Shown here: positions 17,144 through 26,459 of the stretch, in pieces
How the letters are laid out: every line of letters starts with the position of its first letter
Numbering within the stretch: position 1 is the first letter of the stretch
Source: Candidatus Omnitrophota bacterium
GTDB lineage: Bacteria > Omnitrophota > Omnitrophia > Omnitrophales > Aquincolibacteriaceae
DNA length: 26,868 nucleotides
Reading direction: 5' to 3'
Assembly (NCBI GenBank): GCA_043803685.1
Contig: JAZDJU010000130.1
Span: 1-26,868 of the forward strand
Notes under the pieces: model-generated
Told to the model about the DNA's origin: nothing
The model's input: only the letters and a program-made list of their open reading frames with translations
Database searches by the model: none
Program-made: the position numbers and the translations under genes

Positions 17144-20100
17144 TACCCCTGCTCAAGCCAGCCTTCAATGATCGGCTTGTTATTCGTGTTTTCGACCATT
17201 TGCCCAAGAACCTTCACGAGCGCCGTCAGTTCTTCGATCCTGTTATTAAGATCCTTGGCATCCGCCTCCGTGACACCGCCGTTTTTCTTGAGTCCCTTGG
17301 CATCCTTCAGAAGCGAGACCAGATCTTTCTGATCCGTCGCGCTCAGCCCGCCTGCCGCTCCGCCCTCTCCGGTGATGATACTGGTGCCACCCCCCGGAAC
17401 CGTGACTTCCCCACCCGCGCCCACGGCGCCAAGACTCTTGGAAGCCTTGGTGAGATTGGCCCGCATCTCTTCGAGCTGACTGGATAACTGCTTGAGGGCC
17501 GCCGACTGGGCCTTCACGTCTCCTATGTTTTCCGTGATCCCCTTGATCTCGTTATAAACATTTTCCGCATTCTCTTTCGCATCCCGCGCATCGGAAGAAA
17601 CGTTCGTGAGATTCAGACTGTCCAGCTTGGAAGTGACTCCCATCACCTTCGCGAAGATCGTACTCTTTTGGGTGGTATCTTTAGCCGTACCTAAAAGAGC
17701 TTCGATGCCCTTCTGCCGCATATACACCTTCGTCACAGCATCTCCAACGGCATCGACCGACTCTTGCACGCCCGCTCCCGCCGTATACAAGGCTTTCACC
17801 GTCAGAACCATACTGTCCTTGGAACCCTTGGTCGCCTCCGAACATTCCACCGTAAATTCCCCGGCGCCCCAGTCGCCCGTGGCCGTCACCGCGTACTCAT
17901 AGATGCCGGTCTTATTGATCTCGGTCATTTTCACGGCGTTATAATCGTCTAAAATGGTTCCCTCCGGCGTGTAGACGGTCAATTTGGGCGCAAGACCGCT
18001 CGCCGTGCGATATCGGATCTTGATCTCGTCGTCCTCCCGAAGAACCGTATTCCGCGTGAGCATTTCACTCATCACACCTTTTTCCATATTCGCCAGGATC
18101 TTGGCCGGCAAAGTGGTGCTCACATCGGATTGGATGGCGCCCACGGTGCCCTGGACCGTATCAACTTTAGCGCCCACAGCGGTAACATTCGTATATACAG
18201 CCGCCACCTGCGTGGCCACCGAGTCGACCTTGGCGATCACCTCGTCGCCTTTGGTATCGACCTTGGCGCTGACCGCCGCCACACCCGCCGCAACGCTATC
18301 GATCCTCGCAGCGAGCGCTGTGCCGCCCGGAGCCACCCCGATGCTGTTGATGATCTCCCGGCTCAGTCTTTGGGTGACCGTGATCGAAAAGGTCGTCCCG
18401 GAACCGTAACTGGTGGTGTCTCCGTTCAGGCCCCCATAGAAGATCCTGCATTTTGCAAAATAGGCCTTACCACTGATAAAAGCGGTGGTAAAAGGCGTCG
18501 ACACATAAGGACCGTTCGGCACCACCGTGGTCGCCTGGGGGATCGAGTACCAGTAATTTCCTTGAGCGTCTGGAGTCGTCGACAGAGCACCGATCCGGGT
18601 GACTCCGTCATAGATCTCGATGATGGCAGTCCCCAGATTGTTGACGCCATCGGAGAGTTTCTGCTGGCCTCTCCTTTCCAGACGCTGCGTGATATTCAAA
18701 GTATCGGTGTCCTCGTCGTACACAAAATCGGCAATGCCCTTATAGTCCGCCATCGATTCGGCGATCGAGGTCATGTAAATATCCCAGGAGATCTTGCCGT
18801 CATAAGTCCCGTCCAGACCGTCCTGCACGGCGCCTGCCATCACATCTTTCGAATTGCCGACATACTCCTCCCTTTCCAGAGAAAGCGTATAGCTTCCCGA
18901 GGGAAGCTTGAAATTATCCTTGAACGGACTGTTGCCGGTCCAGGGACTATTGTGGGTTGGCACGGTGACCAGTTGACCCGTCGTGCTATCGGTGATCGTC
19001 AGAGAAAGATTATTCAATCCCCCCTGGCTCACGGAATCCTTCACATTCAGGATGATGCTGTATTTTTTCGAGATCGTGATCTCGTTCGAAGCTCCCGTGG
19101 GGGTGAGACCGCTCGCGGTGCCGTTCAGGGTGATCTTTTCGCCATCCTCAAGATCCTTGACCGCAAAATCATAGAAAGTCGCGAACCCCGCCTGGGCCGC
19201 CACCATGCCTGAGACCCCGGTGGAAAGAACGCCTCTCGAAGGTGTGACAGTCACATCCGCACTGCTTGACGACGTATTGCCGTAGGCATCCACGACGATA
19301 ATGCTGAATTCCTTCCAGACGGCATTTTCCGCCGCCGCCGCGGCCGGCTGGGTATACCAGCTGAGCCCCGTCGCAGCCCCGCCGGCTACCCTGACATTCA
19401 GCGCATTTTTATTGGCGGTCGTGATCACGCCCCCTTCCGAGGCCTTGATAAAAACAGTTTCTGCCGTATAAAGCAGAATACCCACCGTGGAAGAATTCTG
19501 TCCGGCGGTGAACGATACAGGGGTCTCCGTCCCGAAGGGACTTTGGGAGCTGGTCTCAATAGGCACATTGCCCTTGAATGACACATTGGCGCCGCTAAAG
19601 ATCAATGTCTTTTCTCCCGAGTAATCCACATCCATATTGCCCAACGCATCCGTCGCCTTCAGGGCGATCTCCTGCGAGTCTCCGGCATTCATCGTCGCCG
19701 CCCCCGTAATGATGAAATCCGTGGCCGTCACCGTGATCCTGGGAGAAGCCGTCAAGGCGCTGGCGGCCGTGAGTCCCGAACTGGGCGAACCCAGAATGAT
19801 ATCGGTGGCCGGATCGATCTTGAAAGAAAGCGCCTTATTGTCCGAACCCGCAGGCAAGGGATTCTTAAGGTAGACGCTCACGGCCAGATTCTTCACGGTG
19901 CCATTGAGAACGGAGTAGATGTCATTGGTGCCCAGACCGAAAACGATCTGGTTATCCTCGATCGTTCCGACGAACTGGGTCGCGCCGTCCGTAATGTAGG
20001 CCCCCTTCAGGAAAGCAGACCAGCCTCCGGTGGCATCCCCGGCATTGCGTTTCACGATCACTTGCTTCACTTTGGTGGCAAAACCGTCGGCGCCGCCGTC

Positions 20101-23100
20101 GGTGATCCTGAAATTAAGCACCGTGACCTTGTCCGCGGCAGTGTAAGCCAGCGACGGGATCTCCGCCGCCCCCGCCGCTCCGGCAGAGACCGACCCGTCA
20201 TTGGCGGTGCCAAAAGTGATCCCCGAAGAAAAAACCGGCGTAAGCCCCACGCCCGAAACCGTGGCGCGAAGATAAATATTTTCAGGGTAGTTATAAGTCA
20301 GACCGGCATAGGAAGCGACACCGCCCACCGTCGTCACCGTCAACCCGCCCGTCGCGCTGAGCGTCCCGTTCACGACCGGCGTAAACGTTCCCGTCGTGGT
20401 GGAAGCATCCAGAGTCACATTCGCCGCCGTGGCCGAAACCGGGTTCCCGTACTGGTCGCTCACCGAGATCTTCGGCTGGATCGTAAGCGCCTGACTCGTG
20501 ACACCGAAGGCGGCGGGCTCCGGAGCGAACTTAAGCTTTGCAACGGGACCTGAGCTGACGGTGATGGTATTCGAAGCGACATGCGTCCCGGTGAGCGCCG
20601 CCGTGCTGGCGGTAAGAGTCGTCTGCTGCGCCCGGTAAAGTTTTGCCTTCAAGACCGGCGTCGTTGAAACTCCGGCCTCGAAAGTCACGGGACTGACAAA
20701 CTCATCGATGACATCGCCCTCCGGCCCGTTATCCGCCCCGCTCAGATCCCAGGAGATCTGCCTTGAACCGGAAAAAGCCGTCGCGCCATTCGCTCCGTCG
20801 CAGACGTTGTCATAAAAGTCCACTCCGCTCAAAGTCGTATCAAAATTAAATTCCACTCCGGCCGTCTGCGTCACCGGAAGATTTCCGGTGAATTTCAGAT
20901 GATCCCCGGCGCCGTGTTTTACCGTAAAACTCAAGGCGTCTTCTGTGGCAGTGCCCACGGTCCCGGCGGTCGCCTTCAGCACAACATCCTCCGCCTTGTA
21001 AAGCTTCGCGGTCGTGGTGGCAATACCTGCCGTGAAATGAATCGTGGTACTGAGCCCCAGATCCATATCCTGGCTCGTCTTGTTGGAACAGGTCGCTTTT
21101 TTAGCGGCGGGCGCCGGAGAAGCCGTGGCGCCTGAAAAAACGACATTCACATCGCCGGTATAATCCGTTTTGACGTTCCCCTGGTTATCGTAAGCAGTGA
21201 GCGTCAGAACCTTTGTGCCTCCGGTGACAATCGCCGCCGTGGAACCCGTCACCGTAAAACGAAACGCGTCCGCCGGCATGATCGTGACTCCCTGATTACT
21301 GGTGGAAGTCGTCAACGCCTGGCCGCTGGTTCGCGTCGCCACGAGATTCGCCGTACCGACAACGGTATCTTTGTAATAGAAGCTTCCGCTATGAGTACCC
21401 GAAGCGATCGTCAGCGAAGCGATACTCCCCGAGCCATCGCTACTGGAAGAGAACTCGCCGCTTGGCCGTGCCGGGTTCTTGGTAAGCGAAAATACGGTGG
21501 GGGACGAAAGATCGGTATCATTACTGTACTCATCCTGAATAGAGACTGTAAAGACGGTGGAGACAACGCCCGCCTTCACAGAAACAGGGCCACTGAGCGC
21601 CACCTTATAAGGAGCCCTCGCGGTGGCCGTCGCGGTAAATTCAACCGGCGTCAGCACGCCCGAGCTCACTCCCACTTTATAATCGCCCGCCTTGGTCCCC
21701 AACGTAAGCGCCACCTGCGCCAATCCCCCCACATCCGTCACGGCCGAACTCACCGATAAGACCTGCCCGGTGGCCCCGTCCGGAAAACTTGAGATCGAAA
21801 AGTTCACCGTTTCATTGGGAATGGCGATCCCCGACGGATCCACGACTTTAACCACGAGCGGATTGTCCAGGGCTGTCGCCGCCAGTTTGGACTGATTATT
21901 GCCGCTGGAGATCTGGATCGCGGTGGGAGATAACGCCGTCGCGTTGAATGTCAACGGAGAACCGGCCAATCCCGCGGAAGTGGCGGTCACCTGATAAGCG
22001 CCCGAGACACTTCCCACAGTAAAAGTCGTGGCAACCTGGCCATTTTGATCCGTAAAACCTGCCGTGGTGCTTAAAGCCGCGCCGGCAGCTCCCGACGGCT
22101 GACTGGCGATCGCAAAATTAACAGGAGTCCCCGAATCCGCGCCATTCGTGTAAGTGTCGGTCACGACAGCCACCAGCGGCTGCACGAGCGGCCAGGAATT
22201 CCTTCCCGACTGGTTGTTCCCGCTTAAAATAGCGATATTCGTCGCGACGGCCGGATTCACCGTCACCGCCAGCCCGTACTGGACGTAGGTCTTTCCCACC
22301 TCCTGCACGACTACCGAACCCGCTTCCCTCTTAAAGGCGCTCAGCGTGACCGTAGTGCCTCCGGCAACTCCCTGAACAAAACCAATGGTGAGATTCGTGC
22401 CGAACGCCGAATTTTCGATCTTGGGAGAATACACAGGAGCCGTGCCCACGCTGTTGAGGCCCGAGAAACGCAGGGACCGGTTGCCGCCATAATTAATGTC
22501 GATATTTTTATTAGCGTCCGTGGCGCGCACCAATAACTCGGAAGGCGTTCCCGCCGAAAGAGCCAGCAGAGAATCGCCATCGATCGTCACCACCTCCAGG
22601 TGCGAGGTCACGACCGTAACCGTGCCCGTCACCGTCGCGACGGCGGAAGTGTTGGCGGTCATTCTCGAAGACGACCCTCCGGTATCGATCTCAATCTTGT
22701 CTTCATTCGTCGTAAAGGTATACGTCTTGCTTTCCGTAGCGGCGAGTTTCCCCGCCTTCATGTAAATGTAAACCGTGAACTCCGTCGCGGTGTTTTCCCC
22801 CACACTGTAAAGATCCGCCGTCGAACCACCGTCCGGAGCCATGCCAAAGGTCAGAGTGTTGTCGGTGATGGAACTGGCGTCGGCGATCTTGACCGCGCCC
22901 GTGTACAAGCCCGCCCAGGCAATATCCGTCGAAGCGCTCCCTCCCGTTCCGCCCACCGTGACCCTGAGGCGATCGATGAGCGTGGGAATATTATCTCCGC
23001 CCAGGTCCGCGACCTTGAATTTCAGGACCTCGAATTTTTCCCCCAAAGTGTCATTCGTCGGCGTCAGGTTAAAATTTGTCACCGGACTGTCGGCCGCCGT

Positions 23101-26100
23101 CACCGCCGTCGATTGAGCCGTCGCCAGACTCACGCCGGTAGAGAAAGTGGGGGTCAGCCCGCTCCCCGCGCCCAAGGCCTCGGCATAGAGATAGATCAAC
23201 CCCGAGCGGTCATATTTCACTCCGCTGAATGTCGCCGCCCCGTTCACCGCGGCAAGCGTATTATCCGCGTGGCCGGACTCCAGAAGTCCTCCGGCATCGC
23301 CGAAAGGAAGTTCCGAGGTGGCGGAAGAATAGATCTTGATCGAAAAAGTGTCATGCGTTCTGTTGCCGTAAGTATCCTGAATGACCACCTTCGGCTGCTG
23401 GACAAAAGGCGAAGTAATAACGGCGACGGGCGAAGGTTGTTGTGAAAAGAGGATCTTCGATGCCGCGCTGGGATTCACCGTCACCGTGTTGGAGGCGCTG
23501 TCGGTCCCGGCAAGACTGGCTTCACTCGGCGTAATCGTCGTATCCTGCGCCCGGTACAAGATCGCCGTAAGCGCGCTTGTCGAAACTCCGTCGGAAAAAT
23601 TAACGGGGCCGTTCAGCACTCCGTCCGAGTAGAATTGATCCGTCCCATTCCCGTCCGGCGCATTGCTTGTGCCGCTGATCGAATAGGTGATCGTCTTCGC
23701 TCCCGAAAAGTTGGCCAGCACATTATGGGACTGGTCATGCGCCACGAGTTGGGAAAGATTAAAGAGCACGCCCGCCTGCGGGTTCGCGATGCTGGAGCCA
23801 AATCCCAAATGATCCTGAGGGCCGGAAAACGCCCAACCCTGATTATGTCCCGCATTGGTGGAGTTGGTCGCGGCAATCGGCTTCCCGCTCGAAGCGTTGG
23901 AATCCTTGACGCTCAGATAGTTCATCCCCGTGGCCGTACCGGCGACATTCACATTCGCGTAAGCGCCGTCGGTGGTCGAGTTTAAGGTGAGAAGATTTCC
24001 GCTCGCGCCGGCGAGCGTCAGGTTATTGGCAACCGTGACGGTCTTCCCCGCCTCGAACTTGACCGTCTTGCCCGCGACGGTCGAGGTCAGATTGTAAAAA
24101 GGCGCGGTGTTCATGACCGGATCATCCAGGGCCGCGTCTTTATCCGCATAATCCACAATACTGTAAATCGTGGCCGCCGTGGCGCCCGTGAGATTGACCG
24201 TGGAAGTTCCGGGAGTCACGGACATACCCCGGAAATCGACGTTCCCACCGACATTCACCGTACTTGATCCAAAATCAAGATAGCCGTGGGTGTAACAGGT
24301 ACCGCCCGCAGCGAGAGCTCCATTGGCAACAGAAATACCGCCGCCAATCGTATGCGTACCGTTTTTAAAGAGGACCTTTCCATAGTAGGCGTTGGGATGA
24401 CCCGCGTCGCTGGCGCCTAACATCAAATAAGATCCGACAGTAAGATTATAGCCATCGGTGTCTAAGGTAAGAACTGAGTGGTTGTCAGCGATGGCGAAGA
24501 CCGTAAGAGATCCACCGATATTCCAGTCGCCCGACATTTTGATAGTCGTTTGGGTACAATAGACAAGATTGAGTCCGGCAGACATAGTGATCGCCTTTTG
24601 TGTCAATGTAACATTAGTCATCGATTGTAGAGAAACCGCTCCGTCTGTAATATTCGCGCCGCTCCCAAGATCGATAAAATCGTTCGCGGTGGGCACCAGA
24701 TTAAAGGTAAAAGAACCTTGTGCTAGGGCATTAGCCTCGAGCGTAATTTTTCGAGCGAGGACATTTGCGGTTCTTGTCGCCGTAACGCCTGCAGAAATAC
24801 GCAAGTCATTAATCAAATTGCTGGCATCGCCATTAGAAATATTCCCACTCGCGATCATTTTCCAAATGCCGGTGGAGGTCAGGCAGTTTGCTCCCGCGAT
24901 CGTGGCGTTCTTAAAATTCACGTTCCTGCCGTTATCGACGAGCCTGTCGCCGGTCGTGTTGACGGCGATCGAATTTGTCACCGTCAGGTCCTGATTCAAG
25001 GTCACGATGCCGGGGGAATAACCATTATCTAGCGTGAAATCGGCCGGTGAAATGGCGAGGTTCCAGGTGCAGTATTTGTTGGAAGTTTCATTGAACACAA
25101 CGATGCTCCCGTCCACAGGGACCGTTCCGTCGAGCCAATTCGCCGCCGTGGAAGCCAGATTATCAGCACCTTCGCCGCTCCAGATGGACAAGCCGGCACT
25201 GCTGGCATAATAATAACCCACGCCCTTGGGGCCGGTGCCGGAAGAGCCGCCGGTAAAAAGAGCGTTTGGATAAACGCCCATTGGCCCCACGCCGGAGTTT
25301 CCGCCGGTAGAGAAAATGCTCTGGGAGGTCGAGCCGTCTGCCGGAGATCCGGCGCCCGTCGTTCCCGCGAGGACTGACACAGCGCCGCTGTAACCCGTCG
25401 CGTCATCGTACACAAGACCGACGCGGCCGCCGCCGCCTCTGCCGCCCGAGCCGTCCACCGCGTTCCCGCCGTTCGCGCTGATCCCGGCGGTCCCTTCCAG
25501 GATCGAGGTCGTAAGATAAATACTGCCGCCCGCGCCCGCGCCGGAGCCATAGCTGGCGCCCGTGCCGTCCGCGCCGTTGGCCGAGATGGGGCCGCTTAAG
25601 GTCGTCTTTCCGGTGATCACAAACTTGATCGCGCCGCCGCCCGCGCCGCCCACGACCGACTGTCCGCCGCCGCCCCCCGAGCCGTTGGCAAAAGGAGGAC
25701 TGCTCGAACCATAAACGGCCCCGCCGGAACTCGCATAACCGGTCCCGTCGCCGCCGATGCCGCCGTATCCGCCGCCGCCAGCAGAGCGTGAGTTGTTGGC
25801 CCCGACGCCCTTGCCGCCGCCGGTGCCGCCGCCGTTATTGCGCGCCGTGCCGCCGGCATACCCCTTGCCGTCCGCGGTGATCTTCGCGCCCGATTCCACG
25901 ACAAGATTCGTGGCCGTCAGAGTGATCGGCGTCCCGGAAGACGAATTGATCGTCAGCGTCACGCCGCTCTTGACCGTCAGCGTCCCGACGATCGTCTGGT
26001 CCCCGCTCCACGTCGTGTTGGAACTGATATCGAGGTCGGTGGGACTGGAAAACAGCGGCCAGGGTGCAGCGTACAGGATGCAGAAAATAACGGTCAAAGC

Positions 26101-26196
26101 GAATAAACGAACGAAGGACGACGGACGACGGACGACGGACGCTTCGTCCTTCGTCTCTCGTCTCTCATCACTCGTCTTTCGTCTCTCGTCACTCAT
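17143..26196 (-). CDS. Giant (3017 aa) exported adhesin-like protein
   Basis: Signal segment LFALTVIFCILYAAPW; Gly-rich domain; WSG...AANW then beta-helix-like T/G/N-rich repeats; many Ig-like modules including two Big_1/invasin-like units (SGNNQ...PLV..V.D); C-terminal helical region. Confidence 0.88.
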   Translation of the reverse strand: MSDERRKTSDERRETKDEASVVRRPSSFVRLFALTVIFCILYAAPWPLFSSPTDLDISSNTTWSGDQTIVGTLTVKSGVTLTINSSSGTPITLTATNLVVESGAKITADGKGYAGGTARNNGGGTGGGKGVGANNSRSAGGGGYGGIGGDGTGYASSGGAVYGSSSPPFANGSGGGGGQSVVGGAGGGAIKFVITGKTTLSGPISANGADGTGASYGSGAGAGGSIYLTTSILEGTAGISANGGNAVDGSGGRGGGGRVGLVYDDATGYSGAVSVLAGTTGAGSPADGSTSQSIFSTGGNSGVGPMGVYPNALFTGGSSGTGPKGVGYYYASSAGLSIWSGEGADNLASTAANWLDGTVPVDGSIVVFNETSNKYCTWNLAISPADFTLDNGYSPGIVTLNQDLTVTNSIAVNTTGDRLVDNGRNVNFKNATIAGANCLTSTGIWKMIASGNISNGDASNLINDLRISAGVTATRTANVLARKITLEANALAQGSFTFNLVPTANDFIDLGSGANITDGAVSLQSMTNVTLTQKAITMSAGLNLVYCTQTTIKMSGDWNIGGSLTVFAIADNHSVLTLDTDGYNLTVGSYLMLGASDAGHPNAYYGKVLFKNGTHTIGGGISVANGALAAGGTCYTHGYLDFGSSTVNVGGNVDFRGMSVTPGTSTVNLTGATAATIYSIVDYADKDAALDDPVMNTAPFYNLTSTVAGKTVKFEAGKTVTVANNLTLAGASGNLLTLNSTTDGAYANVNVAGTATGMNYLSVKDSNASSGKPIAATNSTNAGHNQGWAFSGPQDHLGFGSSIANPQAGVLFNLSQLVAHDQSHNVLANFSGAKTITYSISGTSNAPDGNGTDQFYSDGVLNGPVNFSDGVSTSALTAILYRAQDTTITPSEASLAGTDSASNTVTVNPSAASKILFSQQPSPVAVITSPFVQQPKVVIQDTYGNRTHDTFSIKIYSSATSELPFGDAGGLLESGHADNTLAAVNGAATFSGVKYDRSGLIYLYAEALGAGSGLTPTFSTGVSLATAQSTAVTAADSPVTNFNLTPTNDTLGEKFEVLKFKVADLGGDNIPTLIDRLRVTVGGTGGSASTDIAWAGLYTGAVKIADASSITDNTLTFGMAPDGGSTADLYSVGENTATEFTVYIYMKAGKLAATESKTYTFTTNEDKIEIDTGGSSSRMTANTSAVATVTGTVTVVTSHLEVVTIDGDSLLALSAGTPSELLVRATDANKNIDINYGGNRSLRFSGLNSVGTAPVYSPKIENSAFGTNLTIGFVQGVAGGTTVTLSAFKREAGSVVVQEVGKTYVQYGLAVTVNPAVATNIAILSGNNQSGRNSWPLVQPLVAVVTDTYTNGADSGTPVNFAIASQPSGAAGAALSTTAGFTDQNGQVATTFTVGSVSGAYQVTATSAGLAGSPLTFNATALSPTAIQISSGNNQSKLAATALDNPLVVKVVDPSGIAIPNETVNFSISSFPDGATGQVLSVSSAVTDVGGLAQVALTLGTKAGDYKVGVSSGVLTPVEFTATATARAPYKVALSGPVSVKAGVVSTVFTVSIQDEYSNDTDLSSPTVFSLTKNPARPSGEFSSSSDGSGSIASLTIASGTHSGSFYYKDTVVGTANLVATRTSGQALTTSTSNQGVTIMPADAFRFTVTGSTAAIVTGGTKVLTLTAYDNQGNVKTDYTGDVNVVFSGATASPAPAAKKATCSNKTSQDMDLGLSTTIHFTAGIATTTAKLYKAEDVVLKATAGTVGTATEDALSFTVKHGAGDHLKFTGNLPVTQTAGVEFNFDTTLSGVDFYDNVCDGANGATAFSGSRQISWDLSGADNGPEGDVIDEFVSPVTFEAGVSTTPVLKAKLYRAQQTTLTASTAALTGTHVASNTITVSSGPVAKLKFAPEPAAFGVTSQALTIQPKISVSDQYGNPVSATAANVTLDASTTTGTFTPVVNGTLSATGGLTVTTVGGVASYAGLTYNYPENIYLRATVSGVGLTPVFSSGITFGTANDGSVSAGAAGAAEIPSLAYTAADKVTVLNFRITDGGADGFATKVKQVIVKRNAGDATGGWSAFLKGAYITDGATQFVGTIEDNQIVFGLGTNDIYSVLNGTVKNLAVSVYLKNPLPAGSDNKALSFKIDPATDIILGSPSSGLTAASALTASPRITVTATDFIITGAATMNAGDSQEIALKATDALGNMDVDYSGEKTLIFSGANVSFKGNVPIETSSQSPFGTETPVSFTAGQNSSTVGILLYTAETVFIKASEGGVITTANKNALNVRVAGGAATGLSWYTQPAAAAAENAVWKEFSIIVVDAYGNTSSSSADVTVTPSRGVLSTGVSGMVAAQAGFATFYDFAVKDLEDGEKITLNGTASGLTPTGASNEITISKKYSIILNVKDSVSQGGLNNLSLTITDSTTGQLVTVPTHNSPWTGNSPFKDNFKLPSGSYTLSLEREEYVGNSKDVMAGAVQDGLDGTYDGKISWDIYMTSIAESMADYKGIADFVYDEDTDTLNITQRLERRGQQKLSDGVNNLGTAIIEIYDGVTRIGALSTTPDAQGNYWYSIPQATTVVPNGPYVSTPFTTAFISGKAYFAKCRIFYGGLNGDTTSYGSGTTFSITVTQRLSREIINSIGVAPGGTALAARIDSVAAGVAAVSAKVDTKGDEVIAKVDSVATQVAAVYTNVTAVGAKVDTVQGTVGAIQSDVSTTLPAKILANMEKGVMSEMLTRNTVLREDDEIKIRYRTASGLAPKLTVYTPEGTILDDYNAVKMTEINKTGIYEYAVTATGDWGAGEFTVECSEATKGSKDSMVLTVKALYTAGAGVQESVDAVGDAVTKVYMRQKGIEALLGTAKDTTQKSTIFAKVMGVTSKLDSLNLTNVSSDARDAKENAENVYNEIKGITENIGDVKAQSAALKQLSSQLEEMRANLTKASKSLGAVGAGGEVTVPGGGTSIITGEGGAAGGLSATDQKDLVSLLKDAKGLKKNGGVTEADAKDLNNRIEELTALVKVLGQMVENTNNKPIIEGWLEQG

Positions 26197-26400
26197 CTTT
26201 TATCCCTCGTCCCTCATTTCTCGTCATTCGTATTTCGTATTTCGTCATTCGTATTTCGTCTATCCCCTATCCACTCTACGCTATCCGCTTTTTCTCGTCT
26301 CTCGTCTTTCATCCCTCGTCCCTCGTCGTTCGTCTTTCGCCTGTCCCCTTCACCCTGTACCCTATTCCCTGCACCCTGTCGTTCGTCATTCCGTCCTCGT
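26105..26400. repeat. About 300-bp mosaic heptamer array overlapping the giant gene start
   Basis: NGGACGA x4, then more than 20 TCGTCNN-like units interrupted by TATCCNC/TCTACGC units and NACCCTG units. Confidence 0.88.
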
Positions 26401-26428
26401 GCAACGTCCGTTCAAAACCTCAAAAATA

Positions 26429-26446
26429 CCTGCCTGCGGGCAGGCA
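26429..26446. other. Short GC-rich palindrome CCTGCCTGCGGGCAGGCA (possible terminator, REP-like element or DGR cis hairpin)
   Basis: Stem TGCCTGC (26431-26437) / GCAGGCA (26440-26446) flanked by A-tracts on the + strand, about 14 nt past the stop of the upstream minus-strand gene. Confidence 0.5.
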
Positions 26447-26459
26447 AAAAACCAAAGTT

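Noticed and set aside
26105..26400. Possible CRISPR array
   Set aside because: The period is 7 nt, there are no 25-45-nt repeats with unique spacers, and no cas genes are present.
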